A DNA stretch of 64,000 nucleotides from Candidatus Sericytochromatia bacterium (GTDB lineage: Bacteria; Cyanobacteriota; Sericytochromatia; S15B-MN24; VGJW01), in contig JAYKHS010000004.1 of assembly GCA_035285865.1 (NCBI GenBank), positions 32,001 through 96,000 on the forward strand. Direction: 5' to 3'. The position numbers and the translations under genes are program-made. Below are positions 1-9,438 of the stretch, piece after piece (position 1 is the first letter of the stretch; each line of letters starts with the position of its first letter). The notes beneath the pieces are model-generated. The model did not search any database. It was not told the origin of the DNA and saw only the letters and a list, made by a program, of their open reading frames with translations.

Positions 1-65
1 CCCGAAGAGGCGAACCGGGACACCCGAACCGACAATGGCGTCGGTTCACTCGATGAGGAGGATCC

Positions 66-755
66 ATGTCGTCCAAGCTCTCGCTTTCGCTCGCTGCACT
101 CGCCGTTGTCGCCACGTCCGCCCCGGCGCTCGCTGCAGCCGACCCCACCCGTTACCTTGATGTCGACCAGGCGCGCGTCCTCGGTACCGGCGTCATGGCC
201 ACCACGATGGGCACCTCGTCGATGGTTGATTTCCGCTACGGTCTGATGAAGGACACCGAGCTGGCCGTCGGCTACGGACTCAAGGCGGGTGCCGCGCTGG
301 GTGACGTTGCCAAGGGCGGCTACGATCTGGGCGTGAAGTATTCGCTCGGGAATATCGCGGGCCTTAACGTCGCAGGCAAGCTGGGCGTGATGGCGGCTGA
401 TCTTTCGGCCCCGACGACCGGTCTTGGCTATGGTGCCTCGCTGCCCCTCGGCCTTGGTCTGGGTGGTCTCAATCTTGACCTTCAGCCCTACATCATGGGG
501 TCGACCGCGGCCAATGCAGCCATGACGATGGGGACTCGCGTCGGTGTTCGCCAGAACATCTCCAACAACCTCGACCTGCTCGTTCAGGCCGAATACGCGA
601 TGGTGGGTTCCACGGGCAACGCGTCCGCGCAGACCGGTGTTCGTTACAACCTGGGCGGCGGCGGTTGGCTGGATCTGGGTCTTGTCGACTGGAGCCAGGC
701 CAGCAACGCCACCACGTGGGGCAAGGTCAGCCTGACTTTCGTCGGCAACCGCTGA
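66..755 (+). CDS. Secreted protein, probable outer-membrane beta-barrel
   Basis: Strong RBS (GAGGAGG); signal peptide ending ALA-A; alternating amphipathic beta-strands ending in Tyr/Gly (DFRYGL, DLGVKYSL, TGVRYNL). Confidence 0.6.
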   Translation: MSSKLSLSLAALAVVATSAPALAAADPTRYLDVDQARVLGTGVMATTMGTSSMVDFRYGLMKDTELAVGYGLKAGAALGDVAKGGYDLGVKYSLGNIAGLNVAGKLGVMAADLSAPTTGLGYGASLPLGLGLGGLNLDLQPYIMGSTAANAAMTMGTRVGVRQNISNNLDLLVQAEYAMVGSTGNASAQTGVRYNLGGGGWLDLGLVDWSQASNATTWGKVSLTFVGNR

Positions 756-773
756 TTCGGCGTTGACAGTTGC

Positions 774-803
774 GTCCCGTCCGGACCTCGGTCCGGGCGG
801 GAC
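774..803 (+). terminator. Stem-loop, probable terminator
   Basis: gtcccgtccggacc-tc-ggtccgggcgggac inverted repeat just after the stop at 755. Confidence 0.55.
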
Positions 804-834
804 CTCGCCTTTGGGATGGTAGGATGCCCTCGGC

Positions 835-1479
835 ATGGCACTTCGCGATCGGACCTGGGCCCTCCTGTCGGCAGGACTCGCCCTGCTGCTGTCGTGCGCA
901 CCGGCCAGCCGTGATGTCGGGGCTGTCATCCCGGATGTATCGGCATCCGCAGAACCCTCCCCGACGCCGATGGCCACTCGGGAGGCAGGCTCGCCCCAGC
1001 CCACGCCGACCGCTTCTTCGGCGACGCCTCTGCCCACCCCCGCTGCGCGCACGGGCATGCACGATGCCGTCGGCATCGCAGGCCATCAGGCACCGTTTCC
1101 TCCCGCCTTCATCCAGGCGCTGTGGGTCGTCGAGCCGGACGGTTCGGTGAGGCATCGCCCATCTGGAATCGGGGCCACGCCTTACATGATCGGCGTCTGT
1201 CGGGGACCGATTCTCAGGCTCTCCCCACCCCTTCATCGAGTCACCCCGGCACCGGACGTTTCGCCATCCGCCGTGGCCGGGACCCCCGACCCCCACGACT
1301 GGCACATGGCCTCCGGTGATGCGCTGCAGCGTGAGGTGTGGGAACTCGTCTGGGTCATGATGGAAGGTGCCGGTTGGTGGGAAGGCACGCGCAGCCTGTC
1401 GTTCCGAGCGCCGGACGATCCGGCCCGGGAGATCGCGACGGCCTCGAGTACCGTCCGGATCGTGGTGCGCCCGCTTTAG
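835..1479 (+). CDS. Hypothetical lipoprotein
   Basis: Lipobox LLLSC after a hydrophobic stretch, then a Pro/Thr/Ser linker. Confidence 0.55.
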   Translation: MALRDRTWALLSAGLALLLSCAPASRDVGAVIPDVSASAEPSPTPMATREAGSPQPTPTASSATPLPTPAARTGMHDAVGIAGHQAPFPPAFIQALWVVEPDGSVRHRPSGIGATPYMIGVCRGPILRLSPPLHRVTPAPDVSPSAVAGTPDPHDWHMASGDALQREVWELVWVMMEGAGWWEGTRSLSFRAPDDPAREIATASSTVRIVVRPL

Positions 1480-2579
1480 GCGGGACCGGGCGAGGTTCCC
1501 GTCTTCCGCGTCATGGCCTCGAGTACGCGGCTGGCCATCTCCGGATCGTCAAGACGACCGTGGACGATGGTCACGCCCTTGCCAGGCTTGCTCAGGTATC
1601 GGGCCACGAGGCCCATCTCACGGATCGCGGTGCTGGTCTGTGCAGCGCCCGGCGGCGGCATGGCCGCGAGGCGAACGATGAGCGCGTGGGCCTCTACCCA
1701 GCCCTCAGGACCGGCAGCCACGGTTTCTCCGCCTGCGAGTCGGCCCATGCGGACGACGACGACACGAACGCCGTTGGCGTGGGGGGACAGGAGGACGGCG
1801 TCGACCGGTGCGAGTCGCGCCCATCCCGACAGGCGGGACAGCGCGGCAAGGCCGTCCCGAAGACGGGCCGCCGTCTCGAATTGCAGGCGTTCGGCAGCCG
1901 CCTGCATGCGGGCTTCGAGGGCCGAGACCACGGCGGTCGCCTCGCCTTCCAGCACCCGTACCAGAGTCTCGATGGCCTCCGGATAGGCTTTCTGGCCGGC
2001 AGGCACGCAGGGAGCCATGCATTTCCCGAGCTCGTGGTGCAGGCACGGGGCAGGACCCAGGGGGTCGCAGAGGCGCCAGCGGAGCAGGCGCTGGAGTGCT
2101 GCGAGTGCGTCGTGCAGGGCGCCTTCGGACAGATAGGGGCCGAAGTAGCGGCTGCCGTCCGGAACCAGACGACGCACGACCTGCACCATCGGCCAGGGGT
2201 CCGGGGAGACGCGGACGTAAGCGAAGTGCCTGTCGGTCTTGCCCATGACGTTGTACCTGGGCAGGGCGGCCGAGATGGTCCTGGCTTCCAGGATCAGGGC
2301 TTCGAGTTCGCTCCCCGTTTCCGTATGCGTGACGTGGTGGGCCACGCGGCGGAGCTTGCGCGTGGGCCGCGAGTGCCCACCATCTTTGCCGAGGTAGCTG
2401 CGGACACGCTGACGCAGGTCCTTGGCCTTGCCGACATACAGCAGGCGGCCATCGGCATCTCGAAAGGTATAGATGCCGGGACCGGAGGGCAGCGCCGCGG
2501 CCTGCTCCTCAAGCCGAGCGGGCGGGCGTCTGCTCTTGCCGCGACGTGACACGCCCCAAGCATAGCGGTTCGCTGCCAT
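1476..2579 (-). CDS. UvrC/Cho-like GIY-YIG excinuclease with UVR domain
   Basis: PGIYTF...LYVGKAKDLRQRVRSY, ELEALILE, PRYN, YFGP, Cys cluster and UVR motif MQAAAERLQFETAARLRD; no RNase H-like/HhH C-terminal half of full UvrC. Confidence 0.85.
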   Translation of the reverse strand: MAANRYAWGVSRRGKSRRPPARLEEQAAALPSGPGIYTFRDADGRLLYVGKAKDLRQRVRSYLGKDGGHSRPTRKLRRVAHHVTHTETGSELEALILEARTISAALPRYNVMGKTDRHFAYVRVSPDPWPMVQVVRRLVPDGSRYFGPYLSEGALHDALAALQRLLRWRLCDPLGPAPCLHHELGKCMAPCVPAGQKAYPEAIETLVRVLEGEATAVVSALEARMQAAAERLQFETAARLRDGLAALSRLSGWARLAPVDAVLLSPHANGVRVVVVRMGRLAGGETVAAGPEGWVEAHALIVRLAAMPPPGAAQTSTAIREMGLVARYLSKPGKGVTIVHGRLDDPEMASRVLEAMTRKTGTSPGPA

Positions 2580-2625
2580 GCATGTTCTTGAACAGGTCTT
2601 GAACGGACCTTAAGTTTCGGGCAGA

Positions 2626-3531
2626 ATGGAAAGCATGCAACTCCTTGGACGCCTGACAGTCTGCGCCTTCGCGCTGACGCTCGCCGGCTGCGGAACCAGC
2701 TCGATCTCCCCGGTCCGGGCTAAGGTGGCTGGCGTGCGGGCTTCGGGCTACGTCGAGGCCGTGCCCGCCCCGGCACTGCTCGAGATGCCTTCGCCGAACC
2801 TGAATGATCGGCCGGAACAGGTCCGCCCGGACTGCGTCGTCTGGCATCACACGGCCTCACGTGCGTCCGCACGGCAGACCGGTCGCTACTTCCAGAATCC
2901 CGAAGCGCAGGTCAGCAGCCACTACATTGTCGATCGCTCCGGTGAGATCATCCGTTCCGTTGCCGATGACCGTCGCTCCTGGCATGCCGGTCCCAGCACC
3001 TATCAGGGACGCGACAACGTCAATGATTTCTCCGTCGGCATCGAGATCTGCAACCTTGGCGACAACGCCGAAGCCTATGCCCCTGCTCAGGTGGCTGCCG
3101 TGGCGCACCTCACGGCGTGGCTCATCGAGACCCACGGCATGGGCCGTACGCGCATTACCCGCCATCGGGACATTGCCGTGCCTTCCGGCCGCAAGACCGA
3201 CACCAGCGACAACTTCCCCTATGCCGAGGCTCTGGATCAGGTTGCCGGGTATCTGGACGGCAAGATCACGCCAATGCCGGCTCCGCCGCCGACGTCGGTG
3301 GACCTCGTGCCGGACAGGGGGTTCCGGATGGTCGTGGTCCCATCGGGACCTCGGACGTGGGAGGAGTTGGCCGATGCCCTTCTGGACAGCCCCTTCCGTG
3401 CTGACGAACTGCGCTTGCTGAATCCGGCCCTGTCCCAGCCCCACGTGGGCCTCGTGGTTCGCATACCCACGGACTATCGGCACTTCGACCGCCTGCACCC
3501 CGACAGCCGACTGATTCCTCTGTTCCGCTGA
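2626..3531 (+). CDS. N-acetylmuramoyl-L-alanine amidase (Amidase_2/AmpD family), lipoprotein
   Basis: Lipobox LAGC; WHHTAS, SSHYIV, WHAG, SVGIEI, HRDIA..RKTD motifs; LysM-like C-terminal region. Confidence 0.85.
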   Translation: MESMQLLGRLTVCAFALTLAGCGTSSISPVRAKVAGVRASGYVEAVPAPALLEMPSPNLNDRPEQVRPDCVVWHHTASRASARQTGRYFQNPEAQVSSHYIVDRSGEIIRSVADDRRSWHAGPSTYQGRDNVNDFSVGIEICNLGDNAEAYAPAQVAAVAHLTAWLIETHGMGRTRITRHRDIAVPSGRKTDTSDNFPYAEALDQVAGYLDGKITPMPAPPPTSVDLVPDRGFRMVVVPSGPRTWEELADALLDSPFRADELRLLNPALSQPHVGLVVRIPTDYRHFDRLHPDSRLIPLFR

Positions 3532-3539
3532 TGCATCAA

Positions 3540-3578
3540 GACGACGCCCCCCGGACCGCTTGGCCGGGGGGCGTCGTC
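3540..3578. terminator. Hairpin between convergent genes
   Basis: gacgacgccccccgg...ccggggggcgtcgtc 15-bp inverted repeat. Confidence 0.7.
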
Positions 3579-3589
3579 GTGACAGGGGC

Positions 3590-4987
3590 TCAGCGGGCGG
3601 CGTCCATGGCCTTGCGTCGGGCCTCGTCCATCATCTCCTCGCGGGTCACGGGGTCCTGCCAGCGCAACTGTGCCTCGGATGACAGGCTCTTGATGGGGTC
3701 GTAGTACATGAACATTTGGCCCGGCTTGACGCTCGGGGCGACATAGACGGCGATGCCGTTGTCCCGGTCGTAGTACTCGAAGCTGTGAACGTCGCGCTTG
3801 CCGCCGCCGCCCGGGGCGTCGCACACGAAGGTCGGCGTGTTGAAGCCCGCCGTCGAGCCGCGGACATATTTCTCGATGTCGAGTGCGGTCTGGACCCGGG
3901 TGCGGAGGTCCTCGACGCCCCGGACCATGTCATGCATGTAGACGTAGTAGGGGTGGACGCCGATGTGGCCCAGACGCTTGACCAGAAGACGCATGGTCTC
4001 GGGGTCGTCATTGACCCCACGGATCAGCACGCTCTGGTTGCGGATGTAGACGCCGCGGCTGATGAGCAGCTGGATGGCCTTCTGCGTGATCCAGGTGATC
4101 TCGCTGGGATTGTTGAAGTGCGTGTGGAGCGCAACTTCCTTGCCCATCGAGCGGGCGAGTTCAGCCATCTCGCAAAGGGCGTCCGTCCAGTCGCCGTGCG
4201 TCAGGATCTTCATCGGCATGACGGCCGGGCCCTTGGTCGCGAAACGGATCCGGCGGATGTTGTCCATCTTGAGCAGGGTCTCGCCGATCTGCCGGATGTT
4301 GCGGGGGGCCAGCTGGTAGGTGTCACCGCCGGAGACGACGATGTCCTCGAGTTCCGGGCGGGAAGCGATGTACTTGAAGGCCTTGGCCCAGCGCTTCGGG
4401 TTGACGCCCAACTGCACCTTCTCGACCTGCTCGGTATCGAGACCGACGGCATAGGAGCGCGTGCAGAAGCGGCAGTAGACCGGACAGGTATCTAGCGGCA
4501 GGAACAGGGCCTTGTCGACGTAGCGATGGGTCAGGCCGGGCACCGGGGCATCTTCCTGCTCGTGCAGCGAGTCAAGCTTGAGCATCGGGTGGTCCGGCGA
4601 CAGTCTGCTGCCTACAGGGATGAACTGGGTCCGGATGGGATCGCGGTAGGGGTCCTGCCAGTCGATGCACGCCAGCATGTAGGGCGAAACCCTGAGGGAC
4701 ATCGGGGCCTTGGCAAAGCCCTCACGCACGTCGTCGACGAAGTCCGAAGGTGCCAGTTCCTGGATGGTCTCGAGCAGCTTGTCCGGGTGCGTGACCGAAT
4801 GCTTGCCCTGCCAGATGTGGTCGAGGAAGGTTGCCTCGTCCACCTCCCGATAGGCAGGGATATCGCGCCAGAACTCGCCTTCACGAAGTTGGCGGTGAAG
4901 CAGTTGATCCGGCTGCACGGCGGGCTTGAGGGGCGTGATCTCCTCATCCGTGTAGGGCGGCATCGTGGGGTCGATGACCTGTGTCAT
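3590..4987 (-). CDS. kamA: KamA-family radical SAM aminomutase (lysine 2,3-aminomutase-like)
   Basis: THRYVDKAL, CPVYCRFC, SGGD, NQSVLIRGVND, PYY and DAPGGGGK (PLP lysine). Confidence 0.85.
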   Translation of the reverse strand: MTQVIDPTMPPYTDEEITPLKPAVQPDQLLHRQLREGEFWRDIPAYREVDEATFLDHIWQGKHSVTHPDKLLETIQELAPSDFVDDVREGFAKAPMSLRVSPYMLACIDWQDPYRDPIRTQFIPVGSRLSPDHPMLKLDSLHEQEDAPVPGLTHRYVDKALFLPLDTCPVYCRFCTRSYAVGLDTEQVEKVQLGVNPKRWAKAFKYIASRPELEDIVVSGGDTYQLAPRNIRQIGETLLKMDNIRRIRFATKGPAVMPMKILTHGDWTDALCEMAELARSMGKEVALHTHFNNPSEITWITQKAIQLLISRGVYIRNQSVLIRGVNDDPETMRLLVKRLGHIGVHPYYVYMHDMVRGVEDLRTRVQTALDIEKYVRGSTAGFNTPTFVCDAPGGGGKRDVHSFEYYDRDNGIAVYVAPSVKPGQMFMYYDPIKSLSSEAQLRWQDPVTREEMMDEARRKAMDAAR

Positions 4988-5219
4988 GACAGGGGCCTCC
5001 AGAGAACGGTACGACGGGATGACCTGGGACGTGCGGGGGACGCTCCCCGCGGATCCGTGACCCGTCAGAGTCCGTAGTGGGGGCCGTCACCACGCCGGAA
5101 AGCAGCCGATGTCCGAGGTGCGGACTTCGGTCCGGCAGCCGCCATGGCTGCTGCGGTTCCAAGGCGCATGATCGTCTTCATTAAACCGTTCCTGCCGCTG
5201 TCCGGCAAGCGGTGCGGCG

Positions 5220-5648
5220 CTACTGGTAGACCGCTCCGTCCTTGGTCTTGATCCAGCCGGCATCGAAGGGCTTGTTGGCCTGGTGGGTCCAGTGGATGCC
5301 CCTGTCGCCCCCGGTGTAGAGCGTGCCACGGATCGTCAGGGCATCACCGACTTTCAGGTTCGTGACCTTGGAGCCGTGGTGCGTGTTGTTGGAGACCTCA
5401 TAGACGCCCTCGGAGGTGCCTTTGGTGACGCGCACCATGAAAAGCTGGTGCGGAAGCCCCTGGGTGTCATCCGGCAGGATCTTGGTGACGATGCACTGGA
5501 CCGTCACGAACTTGTGGGCCGGCGGTATGCCAAGGCTCTCGACAATGCCGCTGGCCTGAGCCGTCGGGCGCAGGCTGGCGGGCACAGGAGCGCCACAGGC
5601 TGTCAGGGCCAGCAGGGAAACGAGGGAGGCGGCGATCCACTGGCGCAA
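5220..5648 (-). CDS. DUF3465-like OB-fold lipoprotein
   Basis: Lipobox LTAC; LPDDTQGLPHQLF and IHWTH motifs. Confidence 0.65.
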   Translation of the reverse strand: MRQWIAASLVSLLALTACGAPVPASLRPTAQASGIVESLGIPPAHKFVTVQCIVTKILPDDTQGLPHQLFMVRVTKGTSEGVYEVSNNTHHGSKVTNLKVGDALTIRGTLYTGGDRGIHWTHQANKPFDAGWIKTKDGAVYQ

Positions 5649-5764
5649 GGTGTTGTCCTCGGGGGGGCGAGGGGGGATGATGGGTGTTATCGGGCCGGCA
5701 TGTCCGAAAGTTGCATGTTTTCGCCGAATTTTAATCTGTTGTTAGTCTGGCCCGGAGGTGGCTG

Positions 5765-6367
5765 ATGACCGTTCCCCAGGCCCGATATCTGACAGGGGCA
5801 GACCGCATGGAGCGCTGCCCCCCGCCCGACGAGCCCGAGATTGCTCTGGTCGGGCGTTCGAATGCCGGCAAGAGCTCGACGGTGAACATGCTGACCCACC
5901 GTCATCGGCTGGCTCGCGTGGGCGGCAAGCCCGGTGTGACGACCCTGCTGCATTTCTTCGCGCTCGATGGCGGCATCCGTCTGGTCGATCTGCCGGGCTA
6001 CGGTTACGCAAGGGTCTCTCGAGACGCAAGACAGGCGTGGCAGGGGCTCATCGAGGCTTACCTCAAGGAACGGCCGAATCTGGCCGGTGTGCTGTGGGTC
6101 GCCGATGGCCAACGGCCGCCGGACGCGCTCGACCACATGATGGTGGGTTGGCTGCGCGCCCATGACCGGCCGTTCCTGTTGCTGCTCAACAAGGCTGACA
6201 AGATGACCAATGCGGAGCGCGGGCGCCAGCAGAAGCTTTGGGCTGAAACACTGGACCTCTACAGCAGCGACGAGATGATGCTCTTCTCGGCCGAGAAGGG
6301 CACCAACAGCCAGAAGGTCTGGGCCTGGATCCGGGCAAAGGCCGGCGCGGCCAACGGTCAGGGTTGA
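5765..6367 (+). CDS. engB: Ribosome biogenesis GTPase EngB/YihA
   Basis: GRSNAGKSS, PGVT, DLPGYGYA, NKADK. Confidence 0.92.
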   Translation: MTVPQARYLTGADRMERCPPPDEPEIALVGRSNAGKSSTVNMLTHRHRLARVGGKPGVTTLLHFFALDGGIRLVDLPGYGYARVSRDARQAWQGLIEAYLKERPNLAGVLWVADGQRPPDALDHMMVGWLRAHDRPFLLLLNKADKMTNAERGRQQKLWAETLDLYSSDEMMLFSAEKGTNSQKVWAWIRAKAGAANGQG

Positions 6368-7308
6368 GTTTCGGAGGGCGCGCCTTCGCCTGTCGGCCCG
6401 AGCACGTCGGGAGCGTGGGGACCGTCATCTGTCGCACGTTCGGTCACGGTTGCCGCAGCAAGGTTCGGGGCCGTCGCCATCGTTCCCGGCACGAAACGCT
6501 CCGGGGGCCGGTGCCCGCGGAGCCACGCCCAAGTCATGAAGGCGAGGCCACCGATGACCATGGGTAGGCTGAGCAGTTGCCCCATCGAGAACGGACCGAA
6601 GACATGGCCGGCAGGGTTGGTGGCGGTGATGAACTGCGGGTCGGGATTCCGGAAGAGCTCGATGGTCATGCGTATGCTGCCATAGCCCAGAAGGAACAGG
6701 CCGATGAGCGCGCCGTGGGGCAGGCGCTTGCGCCCGAGGTACAGCATGATCGCCAGCAGGCCGACGCCTTCCAGCAGCAGTTCATAGAGCTGCGAAGGAT
6801 GCCGCGGCAGCGGTCCGCCCGTGGGGAAGACCATGCCCCATGGCAGTTCGGTGGGCTTGCCCCAGAGTTCACCGTTGATGAAGTTGCCGAGGCGTCCGAG
6901 GCCGAGGCCGGCAGGAACGCCCACGACCACGGCGTCGCACATCTGGATGTAGTCGACACCTTTGCGGCGACACCAGAGCCAGCCGGCGATGAACGTGCCC
7001 AACAGACCGCCATGGAAGGCCATCCCGCCATGCCACACCGCGAGGATCTCGAGCGGGTTGCTGAGGTACTGACCGGGATTGTAGAAAAGGATGTAGCCGA
7101 GGCGCCCGCCAAGCACCACTCCGAGAATGGCGTAACCCAGGAAGTCGCCGACCTCCTCCGCATCCAGCACCAAGCCCCGCCATCCGGTCGAGGCCTTGAG
7201 GATGAGGTACTCGCACCAGAAGGCCAGCAGGTACATGATGCCGTACCAGTGGACCTTGACCGGGCCCAGGCTGACGGCTACGGGATCGATGCTCGGGAAG
7301 GTGATCAC
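6358..7308 (-). CDS. lgt: Prolipoprotein diacylglyceryl transferase
   Basis: HWYG, GGRLGY, GGMAFHGG, GRLGNFINGELWG, HPSQLYE. Confidence 0.95.
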   Translation of the reverse strand: MITFPSIDPVAVSLGPVKVHWYGIMYLLAFWCEYLILKASTGWRGLVLDAEEVGDFLGYAILGVVLGGRLGYILFYNPGQYLSNPLEILAVWHGGMAFHGGLLGTFIAGWLWCRRKGVDYIQMCDAVVVGVPAGLGLGRLGNFINGELWGKPTELPWGMVFPTGGPLPRHPSQLYELLLEGVGLLAIMLYLGRKRLPHGALIGLFLLGYGSIRMTIELFRNPDPQFITATNPAGHVFGPFSMGQLLSLPMVIGGLAFMTWAWLRGHRPPERFVPGTMATAPNLAAATVTERATDDGPHAPDVLGPTGEGAPSETQP

Positions 7309-7347
7309 GTGATCATGGGGCCATCCACCCCCGGGGGCGTCAAGGGA

Positions 7348-7629
7348 TCAGGCGATCCGGAGGCCAGTGCGACCCTCTTCCCATGAATCCGCCAGGCGCG
7401 TAGCCAGATCGGCGAGCGAGGCATGGGGCGTGCGTTCGACCATCCGGGCATAACGGCGCAAAAGGGCCACCTTGTGGTCGGCCTCGCGGCTGTTGTCGAA
7501 GATCAGATCTGCAACGGCGCTCCAGAAGGCCACGGTGCGTTCGGTGCCGATTGGATCGGCCACGACGGAGATCGCGATGGCGCGGGGGAGGCTGGCGGGG
7601 CGGGCGTTCTGTGCGTTCATCTTGTACAT
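7348..7629 (-). CDS. Hypothetical protein (93 aa)
   Basis: ATG with RBS-like GAGG, fills the gap between lgt and an AT-rich promoter region; no family recognised. Confidence 0.5.
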   Translation of the reverse strand: MYKMNAQNARPASLPRAIAISVVADPIGTERTVAFWSAVADLIFDNSREADHKVALLRRYARMVERTPHASLADLATRLADSWEEGRTGLRIA

Positions 7630-7720
7630 CCTCGACTCTCAGGTTAAGGGAAGGTTGTCAAGAAGCCGACAAGAAAGTGTCAAGCAAAGATTAAATCCAG
7701 CGTAAAAGATTAACCTGTCC

Positions 7721-8143
7721 TTACCGTTCAGCGTGCATGGTAGCGGGCAAGCGGCCTGTGCGGGCCAGAACGGATCGGCATTTGGCCACGAGAATTCTCG
7801 GGTCGACGGGCTTGGCCACCACATCCCAGGCACCTGCCTCGTAGGCTGCCACGGTCTGGTCCGCCCCGAGGAAGCCGGTCAGGAACAGGACGGGCACCGA
7901 TGAACCGAGACGCCCCGCCTCGCGAAGCCGTACATAGGCCTCGAGGCCGCTCTCTCCGGGCATGTCGGCATCGAGGAATACGAGGGCGGGCTCGTTCGCG
8001 CGCAGCCAGTTCTCGAACTGCTCGGAAGACGTGAAGAGGAACGTCCGGAAGCCGGTCCGCTCGAGCAACGTGGCCAATCCCTTGACCTGGCGCGAGTCGT
8101 CCTCGACGAGGGCGATGGCCGCTGGACTCGCCGGATGTGTCAC
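7721..8143 (-). CDS. Single-domain response regulator (receiver)
   Basis: LVEDD, FLDADMPG, FLTG, KP motifs; GTG start overlaps the phosphatase stop (GTGA). Confidence 0.85.
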   Translation of the reverse strand: MTHPASPAAIALVEDDSRQVKGLATLLERTGFRTFLFTSSEQFENWLRANEPALVFLDADMPGESGLEAYVRLREAGRLGSSVPVLFLTGFLGADQTVAAYEAGAWDVVAKPVDPRILVAKCRSVLARTGRLPATMHAER

Positions 8144-8853
8144 GCACCCACGACCAGAATGAGCGTGATGTTGTCGCGACCGCCGCGCTCGATCGCGAGG
8201 TCCACGAGTCGGTCGCAGATTTCCGCGGGGTCCTCGTCCTGTGCCGCAGCGGCCAGGATCTCCTCGGGACGGGCAAATCGCGTCAGGCCGTCCGTGCAAA
8301 GCACCAGGCGGTCCTCGGGGCGCCAATCCAGCGTCAGGATGTCCACCTCGATGCTGGGGTGCTGGCCAAGGCTCCGCAGAATGGTGTTGCGCAGCGGATG
8401 GGTCTCCGCGGCTTCGGCGGGGATGGCTCCGCGCTTCACGAGTTCCTGGACCATGGAATGGTCCTCGGTGAGTTGGATGATCCGACCTTCGCGCACCAGA
8501 TAGACCCTTGAATCGCCTACGTGGCCGATGGCGCAGCGGTCATCTTCTATCAGCGCGGCCACGACGGTGGTGCCCATGCCCCTGAGTGCAGGGTCCAGCC
8601 CTGCAGAAGTCGAAATCCTTTGGTTTGCCGCGACAACAGCAGCGAACATCGCGTCCGCGGCATCTTGGTCCTGTTGCCGGTCCTCGAGTCCGGCCATGAT
8701 GGTATCCACGGCCATGCGGCTTGCGACCTCGCCTGCGGCGTGCCCGCCCATGCCGTCGGCCACGACGAAGATGCCCCGCTCCAGGTCGAAACCCATGGCG
8801 TCTTCGTTGGTCTTTCGGACCTTGCCGATGTCGGTCCGTCCGCCGACCCGCAC
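8140..8853 (-). CDS. PP2C-family Ser/Thr phosphatase (Stp1/PrpC)
   Basis: RKTNED, VADGMGG, GMGTT, HVGDSR, LCTDGL, GGRDNIT. Confidence 0.92.
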   Translation of the reverse strand: MRVGGRTDIGKVRKTNEDAMGFDLERGIFVVADGMGGHAAGEVASRMAVDTIMAGLEDRQQDQDAADAMFAAVVAANQRISTSAGLDPALRGMGTTVVAALIEDDRCAIGHVGDSRVYLVREGRIIQLTEDHSMVQELVKRGAIPAEAAETHPLRNTILRSLGQHPSIEVDILTLDWRPEDRLVLCTDGLTRFARPEEILAAAAQDEDPAEICDRLVDLAIERGGRDNITLILVVGA

Positions 8854-8945
8854 GCATGCCTCCCTTGGTGGCCCAGTCCTAGGAAGAATAGCAGAAACAC
8901 CGGAGACGCTTGGTGACGTGCGTCCCTACGGTGTACGCTCCCCCC

Positions 8946-9407
8946 ATGGGGCATCGTCGTCATATGGAGGCGGCGCTTGAGGAAGCGCGGCGGGCGCTCG
9001 GGGCCGGGGAAGTGCCGGTGGGCGCAGTCCTGGTGCGTGATGGCGAGATCTTGTGCCGATCGGGAAACACGCGCGAGCGGGACCGCAATCCGCTCGGTCA
9101 CGCCGAACTCGAGGTTCTGCGAGAGGGAGCGCGCATCCTGGAGCGCTGGCGGCTGGATGACTGCGTGCTCTACGTGACGCTGGAGCCCTGTGCCATGTGC
9201 GCCGCCGCCGCCATTCAGGCGCGGATTGCCACGGTAGTCTTCGGAGCCGAGGATCTGGAGCGTGGCGCTTGCGGCAGTGTCTGGAATTTGCCTGCGGCGC
9301 CCGAGATGGACCATCATCCCGCCGTGATCGGGGGGGTTGCCGACCAGCCGGCGCGCGCCTTGCTGCGGGAGTTCTTCACGGGCCTTCGCCATCGTCGCAA
9401 GGCCTGA
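8946..9407 (+). CDS. tadA: tRNA adenosine(34) deaminase
   Basis: EVPVGA, HAE, TLEPCAMC; start uncertain (8910-8964). Confidence 0.9.
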   Translation: MGHRRHMEAALEEARRALGAGEVPVGAVLVRDGEILCRSGNTRERDRNPLGHAELEVLREGARILERWRLDDCVLYVTLEPCAMCAAAAIQARIATVVFGAEDLERGACGSVWNLPAAPEMDHHPAVIGGVADQPARALLREFFTGLRHRRKA

Positions 9408-9438
9408 CGGGTGCTTGTGGTAGGATAGGGGCCCGCCC

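Noticed and set aside
26..47. Hairpin gaaccgac/gtcggttc in the leader of the first gene
   Set aside because: Leader is cut by the window edge; cannot be assigned to a riboswitch class
4988..5200. Lysine or SAM riboswitch upstream of kamA
   Set aside because: Conserved aptamer signatures not found by eye; kept only as an unknown structured leader
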